Below, in pieces: positions 22,010 through 32,737 of a stretch of DNA of 32,737 bases. The stretch spans positions 1 through 32,737 of the forward strand of contig OZ025770.1 of NCBI GenBank assembly GCA_964019335.1, given 5' to 3'. Each line of letters opens with the position of its first letter. Position 1 is the first letter of the stretch. Under the pieces are notes generated by a model. That model saw nothing but the letters and a program-made list of their open reading frames with translations, searched no databases and had not been told where the DNA came from. Both the position numbers and the translations under genes were made by a program. The stretch comes from Diplonema japonicum (lineage: Eukaryota > Protista > Euglenozoa: Diplonemea).

Positions 22010-25000
22010 TCATGAGGATGGTGGCGGTATACTCTACCAACCATGTACCTCATAATGAGGAGAACATGCTGGTAAGGATACTAACTAAGCATGAATACCT
22101 CTAAGCAGTACTATCCTAAGTATGGGCAGACACACAGAGGATGTATCCCCAATACAGATAGTATGATATCAGTAGTACATCCTGTAGTACACAGGCAATG
22201 GCATAGTACAGAAGGAGATGCCATGTTAGCTGTGCAGTAGATATCTAGTGGCACCATTCCCTGAGAACACAGGAGTATGGAACCAGTGGAATACTAGAAG
22301 TACTAACACAGGTAATGCCACCAATACACTGAGTGTGTGGCATAGAGCATATCCTACCACCAGTACACACACAGTATGCATGAGCATATATCCTGTGTAG
22401 TGCTACATGTGCAATGGATGCATGTAGTACTGTCATAGGTATCATGGCTAGTACATAGTATGATATCAGTAGCACAGGTATCCTGAGAGTGGAGGAACCT
22501 GTGGAATACTAGAAGTACTAACTCAGAGAATACCAGGAGTATGGAACTACACCATCTCCAGCTAACACAGGTAATACCACCAGTAGCTGTGGTGGTGCCA
22601 TGTACTGTATATGATATCATGCACACCAATACATACTGTATGTACGTAGGGAATACATAGTATGTAGTGCATAGAGCACAGGGGATACATACTGTGCTAA
22701 CTATGATATCTAGTGCTGTCAGTAGTACAGAGGCATCCTGAGAGTAGTGGTAAGCCTAAGTTAGGGAAAGTACTAACTCAGAGAATACCAGGAGTATGGA
22801 ACTAGGGAAGTACGGAGGTATCCTAGTAGCACAGGCAATGGCACCAATGCACAGGATGCAGTGCCATGTACTGTATATGATATCATGCACACCAGTACAC
22901 ACAGTATGCATGAGCATATATCCTGTGTAGTGCTACATGTGCAATGGATGCATGTAGTATATCCTGTAGTACATACCATGGCATAGTACAGAAGGAGATG
23001 CCATGTTAGCTGTGCAGTAGATATCTAGTGGCACCATTCCCTGAGAACACAGGAGTATGGAACCAGTGGAATACTAGAAGTACTAACACAGGTAATGCCA
23101 CCAATACACTGAGTGTGTGGCATAGAGCATATCCTACCACCAGTACACACACAGTATGCATGAGCATATATCCTGTGTAGTGCTACATGTGCAATGGATG
23201 CATGTAGTACTGTCATAGGTATCATGGCTAGTACATAGTATGATATCAGTAGCACAGGTATCCTGAGAGTGGAGGAACCTGTGGAATACTAGAAGTACTA
23301 ACTCAGAGAATACCAGGAGTATGGAACTACACCATCTCCAGCTAACACAGGTAATACCACCAGTAGCTGTGGTGGTGCCATGTACTGTATATGATATCAT
23401 GCACACCAATACATACTGTATGTACATAGGGAATACGTACTGTGCAGTGCATAGAGCACAGGGGATACATACTGTGCTAACTATGATATCTAGTGCTAGG
23501 AGTAGTACAGAGGTATCCTGAGAGTAGTGGTAACCCTAAGTTAGGGAAAGTACTAACTCAGAGAATACCAGGAGTATGGAACTAGGGAAGTACGGAGGTA
23601 TCCTAGTAGCACAGGCAATGGCACCAATGCACAGGATGCAGTGCCATGTACTGTATATGATATCATGCACACCAATACACACAGTATGCATGAGCATATA
23701 TCCTGTGTAGTGCTACATGTGCAATGGAGGCATGTAGTATATCCTGTAGTACATACCATGGCATAGTACAGAAGGAGATGCCATGTTAGCTGTGCAGTAG
23801 ATATCTAGTGGCACCATTCCCTGAGAACACAGGAGTATGGAACCAGTGGAATACCAGGAGTACTAGCACAGGTAATGCCACCAGTACACTGAGTGTGTGG
23901 CATAGAGCATATCCTACCACCAGTACACACACAGTATGCATGAGCATATATCCTGTGTAGTGCTACATGTGCAATGGATGCATGTAGTACTGTCATAGGT
24001 ATCATGGCTAGTACATAGTATGATATCAGTAGCACAGGTATCCTGAGAGTGGAGGAACCAGTGGAATACCAGGAGTACTAACTCAGAGAATACCAGGAGT
24101 ATGGAACTACACCATCTCTAGCTAACACAGGTAATACCACCAGTAGCTGTGGTGGTGCCATGTACTGTATATGATATCATGCACACCAGTACATACTGTA
24201 TGTACATAGGGAATACGTACTGTGCAGTGCATAGAGCACAGGGGATACATACTGTGCTAACTATGATATCTAGTGCTAGGAGTAGTACTGGGAACATATG
24301 ATGGTGCCATTAGTACAGACAGTGTATCTAAGTAAGTAACTATGGAAGTACATGTTAATAGTAAGTACATCATCCCAGAAGGGTGTGGCTATACATCTGG
24401 GGATACCTGTGGGAGCATATACAGGTGGTAGTACAGACACACTGTTTAGCTAAGTACCATAACACAGGAACATAGACAGTGTGAAGTACGTAATACCACA
24501 GTATGCATGGGATAACAGTAAGTACAGTAACTACACATTATCAGAGAACAGCAGAGAGTATGTAACCACTGATAACGGGTGTGCTGTACAGAGGTATCCT
24601 TAGAAAGGGTGCTTTAACCTGGGGATTAGGGTGTAGAGACCTGTATATGGACTCATGTCCTTACGCGCGCGCGCGCGCGTGGGGGATATAGCGAGGTAAT
24701 TCTACGAATTCATCCGTAGTGTCCCACAAGGGTTTCAGGAATTGCATAGCTACAGGGACGTAAACCCCTAGATTGGGACCCCTCGGAACCCTTAGATCCT
24801 GGGATTAGGGATGCTAGGACCTGTTAGCAGAGGTACGGAGGCCTGTGGGGAGTACATCCAGAGGTACTGATATCCATAACATACAAGAGGAAGCACACTG
24901 TTTAGCTAAGTACAGTAACACACTACACACTAACACAGAGAGTAATACAGACAGTGTGTAGTAATACATGTAGTAGCACAAGCAGTGCTCCAGAAGGGTG

Positions 25001-26748
25001 TAGCTATACATCTGGGGATAACACCAACTAACAGGAACACCAGCAGAAGGGTGTGTTCTCTGGGGGCAGCACAAGTAGGGTGTCTGGTGGTGGTATCTCA
25101 TAACAGGGGATTCCATAGCAGGGCACGTCTGGGGGCCTGTAGTAAGTACCTGTTAGCAGAGACACACACTGTTACCAGGGACACACACTGTTAGCAGAGA
25201 GTATGTAACCACTGGTATGGGGTAGTACATTATCCCTTGTATACTGTGGTATTAGCCCCTACACACTGTCTACTAACTAACCCCTATGTATTAGACCCTT
25301 ATCCTAACCCCCCTCTCTGTACCCCTTATATTGGGGGGTCCTATACCCTACCCCCTTTGGGGACACCTTGGGGGCACCTTACTATCCTAACAGTTATCCT
25401 TACGCGCGCGCGCGCGCGTGGGGGATATAGCGAGGTAATTTGCATAATTCTTACGTAGTGTCCCACAAGGGTTTCAGGAATTGGAGGGCTACAGGGACGT
25501 AGATATTCTCTGGGACGTAGCGGGTTAATTTGCAGAAATCACCCGTAGGAGCCCAGAGAGGTGTCCCAATATTGGAGGGCTACAGGGACGTAAACCATTC
25601 CAGGGCTCCTACGGGGTAATTCTACGAATTCACCCGATACAGCCCTGAAGGGGTTCAGGAATCGGAGGGCTACAGGGACGTAAACCCCTAGCATGCCCCC
25701 TTATCCAGCCCTTCTGGGACCCCTCAATATACCCTCCTATTACCACCTATAATACTATCATTACATACTATGTAAGTACTGTGTATGTATCATATATCTA
25801 TCCCATGTATACGGGGGATATATGTACATGCATAATACTAGTATTACATAATGATGTACTAACTGTATTAATGGTATCATAACCCTACTCATCCTCTCAT
25901 GACATCATCCTGGGGATGGGGACCCCTTCTCTAGATCCCAGGATCCCAGGGGTGGAGACCCAACCTCTAGATCCCAGGATCCCTAGCTTGGATACCATCT
26001 CTAGACACCACCACATCCTGAGAGTGTCTGTAGAGATACCTATAATACTATCATTACATACTATGTAAGTACTGTGTATGTATCATATATCTATCCCATG
26101 TATACGGGGGATATATGTACATGCATAATACTAGTATTACATAATGATGTACTAACTGTATTAATGGTATCATAGCTCTACTCATCCCCTCATGACATCA
26201 TCCTGGGGATGGGGACCCCTTCTCTAGATCCCAGGATCCCAGGGGTGGAGACCCAACCTCTAGAGATCCCAGGATCCCTAGCTTGGACCACCATCTCTAG
26301 ACACCACCACATCCTGAGAGTGTCTGTAGAGATACCAGCATACTACTTATCATGTAAGTACTCTGTGTAGTAGTACATACAGTATATGATATACATGTAC
26401 TAGCACTAACACAGTGTGTATGCCTACTTATCATAGTAGTAGTATTATCATATCATGGCATGATGGTACATCCTAAGGATGCCATCATATCCAGAGAGTG
26501 GGAGAACATACCATCTCTCTAGCCATGACATCATGGAGCATACCACTAACGGTATCATTACCATAGATCATGTCATGCATGGATCATGGGATGTACAGAG
26601 TAGAGGTATTATCTACTAGAAGAGCAGCTGTGCTCTCTCTAGCCATACCATCTACAGAGTATGCTGGCAGTATACTCTAGTAACCATGTACCTCATATCC
26701 TAGTCATGAGGATGGTGGCGGTATACTCTACCAACCATGTACCTCATA
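22010..26748. repeat. Constant region, unit 5 (type II)
   Basis: Markers at 22245, 23025 and 23805; near-identical to 16239-21022, with small deletions near 26185 and 26260. Confidence 0.92.
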
Positions 26749-26780
26749 CTGTAGCTACTCCATTATCCCTAGAGAAGGGA

Positions 26781-26930
26781 ATGGACTACGTACTGACCTA
26801 CATGCTGCCATCTCTATGACATGCATCCCGTAGTGTGCTACTAACAGAGCTACCACTATCACAGTGGATACGTGGTGAGCATGTGCTTGTGCTCTTCTAC
26901 GATGGCACACCACGATGCATAGCCTGTAAG
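26781..26930 (+). CDS. nad8: nad8 5' gene module, second copy
   Basis: Same sequence as 21055-21204 at offset +5726. Confidence 0.92.
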
Positions 26931-26953
26931 CACCAGTACAGTGCTACATCCTC

Positions 26954-27124
26954 TAAGGTAAGCAGTGCATGCGCCCCGTCCATTGCCACTGTCCTCCTCC
27001 TGAGCCTGCTGGGATAAGATAGTGGGAGCCTCCTCGCCACTTCCTCCCATTCTATCTGAGGTAAGGTAAGCACCTGTGCTCTCTCTGTGAAGTAGTAGTA
27101 GTATTGCAGTAGCACAGTCCTGCG
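26954..27124. other. Unassigned GC/C-rich segment, second copy
   Basis: Same sequence as 21228-21398 at offset +5726. Confidence 0.4.
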
Positions 27125-27407
27125 TACTCATGCCAATGCATGTAGTGCTACCAGTACTATCAGTAGTAAGTACAATGGTAAGTACTCATGCCAATGCATG
27201 TAGTGCTACCAGTACTATCAGTAGTATATCCTAGCTAAGCAGAGAAGGAGATGCTCCTGCTCATACCATGGCTGCACCAGTACTGTCATACTATCAGTAA
27301 GTACAATGGTAAGTACTCATACCATTCCTAGCTAGCACAGGTAATGCATGTAGTGCTGTCAGCAGCAGTACCACAGCTAAGCAGGCCTGCTACTACATAA
27401 CCTAGCT

Positions 27408-27617
27408 ATGATCTACTCCACGCATGCAATGCTGGAAGCTACCAATCTAGCCATAGTAGTATTCATAGCTAGTGGTGCAATGCATGTGCTGTGCATCCTA
27501 TCCAGGGCATTGTACACCATGAACCTGTACGTAGAGCTGGTATGGCTCTTAGTACCTACAGCTGTAGTCATCCTACTCATTGCAAGAGTAGTGCTACTCC
27601 AATGTGCAGAGGAAGAT
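27408..27617 (+). CDS. cox2: cox2 5' gene module, second copy
   Basis: Same translation as 21682-21891. Confidence 0.88.
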
Positions 27618-27735
27618 GTAGCACAGGTAATGCATATAGTACTATCAGTAGTACAGAGAGTACAGGCATGTATATCCTGGGAGTACAGACACCAATACAT
27701 CCCAGGGATGTGGTGTGCTCTCTAGCCATACCATC

Positions 27736-30700
27736 TCATGAGGATGGTGGCGGTATACTCTACCAACCATGTACCTCATAATGAGGAGAACATGCTGGTA
27801 AGGATACTAACTAAGCATGAATACCTCTAAGCAGTACTATCCTAAGTATGGGCAGACACACAGAGGATGTATCCCCAATACAGATAGTATGATATCAGTA
27901 GTACATCCTGTAGTACACAGGCAATGGCATAGTACAGAAGGAGATGCCATGTTAGCTGTGCAGTAGATATCTAGTGGCACCATTCCCTGAGAACACAGGA
28001 GTATGGAACCAGTGGAATACTAGAAGTACTAACACAGGTAATGCCACCAATACACTGAGTGTGTGGCATAGAGCATATCCTACCACCAGTACACACACAG
28101 TATGCATGAGCATATATCCTGTGTAGTGCTACATGTGCAATGGATGCATGTAGTACTGTCATAGGTATCATGGCTAGTACATAGTATGATATCAGTAGCA
28201 CAGGTATCCTGAGAGTGGAGGAACCTGTGGAATACTAGAAGTACTAACTCAGAGAATACCAGGAGTATGGAACTACACCATCTCCAGCTAACACAGGTAA
28301 TACCACCAGTAGCTGTGGTGGTGCCATGTACTGTATATGATATCATGCACACCAATACATACTGTATGTACGTAGGGAATACATAGTATGTAGTGCATAG
28401 AGCACAGGGGATACATACTGTGCTAACTATGATATCTAGTGCTGTCAGTAGTACAGAGGCATCCTGAGAGTAGTGGTAAGCCTAAGTTAGGGAAAGTACT
28501 AACTCAGAGAATACCAGGAGTATGGAACTAGGGAAGTACGGAGGTATCCTAGTAGCACAGGCAATGGCACCAATGCACAGGATGCAGTGCCATGTACTGT
28601 ATATGATATCATGCACACCAGTACACACAGTATGCATGAGCATATATCCTGTGTAGTGCTACATGTGCAATGGATGCATGTAGTATATCCTGTAGTACAT
28701 ACCATGGCATAGTACAGAAGGAGATGCCATGTTAGCTGTGCAGTAGATATCTAGTGGCACCATTCCCTGAGAACACAGGAGTATGGAACCAGTGGAATAC
28801 TAGAAGTACTAACACAGGTAATGCCACCAATACACTGAGTGTGTGGCATAGAGCATATCCTACCACCAGTACACACACAGTATGCATGAGCATATATCCT
28901 GTGTAGTGCTACATGTGCAATGGATGCATGTAGTACTGTCATAGGTATCATGGCTAGTACATAGTATGATATCAGTAGCACAGGTATCCTGAGAGTGGAG
29001 GAACCTGTGGAATACTAGAAGTACTAACTCAGAGAATACCAGGAGTATGGAACTACACCATCTCCAGCTAACACAGGTAATACCACCAGTAGCTGTGGTG
29101 GTGCCATGTACTGTATATGATATCATGCACACCAATACATACTGTATGTACATAGGGAATACGTACTGTGCAGTGCATAGAGCACAGGGGATACATACTG
29201 TGCTAACTATGATATCTAGTGCTAGGAGTAGTACAGAGGTATCCTGAGAGTAGTGGTAACCCTAAGTTAGGGAAAGTACTAACTCAGAGAATACCAGGAG
29301 TATGGAACTAGGGAAGTACGGAGGTATCCTAGTAGCACAGGCAATGGCACCAATGCACAGGATGCAGTGCCATGTACTGTATATGATATCATGCACACCA
29401 ATACACACAGTATGCATGAGCATATATCCTGTGTAGTGCTACATGTGCAATGGAGGCATGTAGTATATCCTGTAGTACATACCATGGCATAGTACAGAAG
29501 GAGATGCCATGTTAGCTGTGCAGTAGATATCTAGTGGCACCATTCCCTGAGAACACAGGAGTATGGAACCAGTGGAATACCAGGAGTACTAGCACAGGTA
29601 ATGCCACCAGTACACTGAGTGTGTGGCATAGAGCATATCCTACCACCAGTACACACACAGTATGCATGAGCATATATCCTGTGTAGTGCTACATGTGCAA
29701 TGGATGCATGTAGTACTGTCATAGGTATCATGGCTAGTACATAGTATGATATCAGTAGCACAGGTATCCTGAGAGTGGAGGAACCAGTGGAATACCAGGA
29801 GTACTAACTCAGAGAATACCAGGAGTATGGAACTACACCATCTCTAGCTAACACAGGTAATACCACCAGTAGCTGTGGTGGTGCCATGTACTGTATATGA
29901 TATCATGCACACCAGTACATACTGTATGTACATAGGGAATACGTACTGTGCAGTGCATAGAGCACAGGGGATACATACTGTGCTAACTATGATATCTAGT
30001 GCTAGGAGTAGTACTGGGAACATATGATGGTGCCATTAGTACAGACAGTGTATCTAAGTAAGTAACTATGGAAGTACATGTTAATAGTAAGTACATCATC
30101 CCAGAAGGGTGTGGCTATACATCTGGGGATACCTGTGGGAGCATATACAGGTGGTAGTACAGACACACTGTTTAGCTAAGTACCATAACACAGGAACATA
30201 GACAGTGTGAAGTACGTAATACCACAGTATGCATGGGATAACAGTAAGTACAGTAACTACACATTATCAGAGAACAGCAGAGAGTATGTAACCACTGATA
30301 ACGGGTGTGCTGTACAGAGGTATCCTTAGAAAGGGTGCTTTAACCTGGGGATTAGGGTGTAGAGACCTGTATATGGACTCATGTCCTTACGCGCGCGCGC
30401 GCGCGTGGGGGATATAGCGAGGTAATTCTACGAATTCATCCGTAGTGTCCCACAAGGGTTTCAGGAATTGCATAGCTACAGGGACGTAAACCCCTAGATT
30501 GGGACCCCTCGGAACCCTTAGATCCTGGGATTAGGGATGCTAGGACCTGTTAGCAGAGGTACGGAGGCCTGTGGGGAGTACATCCAGAGGTACTGATATC
30601 CATAACATACAAGAGGAAGCACACTGTTTAGCTAAGTACAGTAACACACTACACACTAACACAGAGAGTAATACAGACAGTGTGTAGTAATACATGTAGT

Positions 30701-32521
30701 AGCACAAGCAGTGCTCCAGAAGGGTGTAGCTATACATCTGGGGATAACACCAACTAACAGGAACACCAGCAGAAGGGTGTGTTCTCTGGGGGCAGCACAA
30801 GTAGGGTGTCTGGTGGTGGTATCTCATAACAGGGGATTCCATAGCAGGGCACGTCTGGGGGCCTGTAGTAAGTACCTGTTAGCAGAGACACACACTGTTA
30901 CCAGGGACACACACTGTTAGCAGAGAGTATGTAACCACTGGTATGGGGTAGTACATTATCCCTTGTATACTGTGGTATTAGCCCCTACACACTGTCTACT
31001 AACTAACCCCTATGTATTAGACCCTTATCCTAACCCCCCCCTCTCTGTACCCCTTATATTGGGGGGTCCTATACCCTACCCCCTTTGGGGACACCTTGGG
31101 GGCACCTTACTATCCTAACAGTTATCCTTACGCGCGCGCGCGCGCGTGGGGGATATAGCGAGGTAATTTGCATAATTCTTACGTAGTGTCCCACAAGGGT
31201 TTCAGGAATTGGAGGGCTACAGGGACGTAGATATTCTCTGGGACGTAGCGGGTTAATTTGCAGAAATCACCCGTAGGAGCCCAGAGAGGTGTCCCAATAT
31301 TGGAGGGCTACAGGGACGTAAACCATTCCAGGGCTCCTACGGGGTAATTCTACGAATTCACCCGATACAGCCCTGAAGGGGTTCAGGAATCGGAGGGCTA
31401 CAGGGACGTAAACCCCTAGCATGCCCCCTTATCCAGCCCTTCTGGGACCCCTCAATATACCCTCCTATTACCACCTATAATACTATCATTACATACTATG
31501 TAAGTACTGTGTATGTATCATATATCTATCCCATGTATACGGGGGATATATGTACATGCATAATACTAGTATTACATAATGATGTACTAACTGTATTAAT
31601 GGTATCATAACCCTACTCATCCTCTCATGACATCATCCTGGGGATGGGGACCCCTTCTCTAGATCCCAGGATCCCAGGGGTGGAGACCCAACCTCTAGAT
31701 CCCAGGATCCCTAGCTTGGATACCATCTCTAGACACCACCACATCCTGAGAGTGTCTGTAGAGATACCTATAATACTATCATTACATACTATGTAAGTAC
31801 TGTGTATGTATCATATATCTATCCCATGTATACGGGGGATATATGTACATGCATAATACTAGTATTACATAATGATGTACTAACTGTATTAATGGTATCA
31901 TAGCTCTACTCATAATGGTAGCCCCTCATGACATCATCCTGGGGATGGGGACCCCTTCTCTAGATCCCAGGATCCCAGGGGTGGAGACCCAACCTCTAGA
32001 TCCCAGGATCCCAGGGGTGGAGACCCAACCTCTAGATCCCAGGATCCCTAGCTTGGACCACCATCTCTAGACACCACCACATCCTGAGAGTGTCTGTAGA
32101 GATACCAGCATACTACTTATCATGTAAGTACTCTGTGTAGTAGTACATACAGTATATGATATACATGTACTAGCACTAACACAGTGTGTATGCCTACTTA
32201 TCATAGTAGTAGTATTATCATATCATGGCATGATGGTACATCCTAAGGATGCCAGCATATCCAGAGAGTGGGGAGAACATACCATCTCTCTCTAGCCATG
32301 ACATCATGGAGCATACCACTAACGGTATCATTACCATAGATCATGTCATGCATGGATCATGGGATGTACAGAGTAGAGGTATTATCTACTAGAAGAGCAG
32401 CTGTGCTCTCTCTAGCCATACCATCTACAGAGTATGCTGGCAGTATACTCTAGTAACCATGTACCTCATATCCTAGTCATGAGGATGGTGGCGGTATACT
32501 CTACCAACCATGTACCTCATA
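27736..32521. repeat. Constant region, unit 6 (type II)
   Basis: Markers at 27971, 28751, 29531 and 30540; shares with unit 4 the extra GGGTGGAGACCCAACCTCTAGATCCCAGG subrepeat. Confidence 0.92.
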
Positions 32522-32553
32522 CTGTAGCTACTCCATTATCCCTAGAGAAGGGA

Positions 32554-32703
32554 ATGGACTACGTACTGACCTACATGCTGCCATCTCTATGACATGCATC
32601 CCGTAGTGTGCTACTAACAGAGCTACCACTATCACAGTGGATACGTGGTGAGCATGTGCTTGTGCTCTTCTACGATGGCACACCACGATGCATAGCCTGT
32701 AAG
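32554..32703 (+). CDS. nad8: nad8 5' gene module, third copy (cassette truncated by window end)
   Basis: ATGGACTACGTACTG...TGCATAGCCTGTAAG, same as 21055-21204; not in the ORF track. Confidence 0.92.
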
Positions 32704-32737
32704 CACCAGTACAGTGCTACATCCTCTAAGGTAAGCA

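Overview
The window is about 5.6 head-to-tail units of a 5.7-5.9 kb repeat; a marker ORF recurs at 1526, 7423, 13130, 19041, 24814 and 30540. Each unit has a ~4.7 kb shared, non-coding, internally repetitive constant region and a ~1.0-1.15 kb variable cassette. Each cassette carries 2-3 short (150-280 bp) fragments of different mitochondrial respiratory genes, on either strand: nad7 + atp6; cox1 + nad1; an unassigned membrane-protein piece + nad4L; and nad8 + an unassigned GC-rich piece + cox2 (this last cassette occurs twice in full and once truncated). TGA is most simply read as Trp. No gene is complete. The architecture matches the known multipartite mitochondrial genome of diplonemids (Euglenozoa), where gene modules on small circular chromosomes are transcribed separately, trans-spliced and edited. 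The species cannot be assigned, and the linear concatenation may be an assembly or read-through artefact. Nearly all ORFs in the supplied track are spurious readings of the constant region. Structures worth follow-up are a 45-bp hairpin direct repeat bracketing every complete cassette, cassette-specific 70-bp spacer repeats around modules, two constant-region types of almost equal length, and a (CG)8/iteron/inverted-repeat block that is a candidate origin. Gene calls come from remembered family motifs, not database searches, and module ends are approximate.
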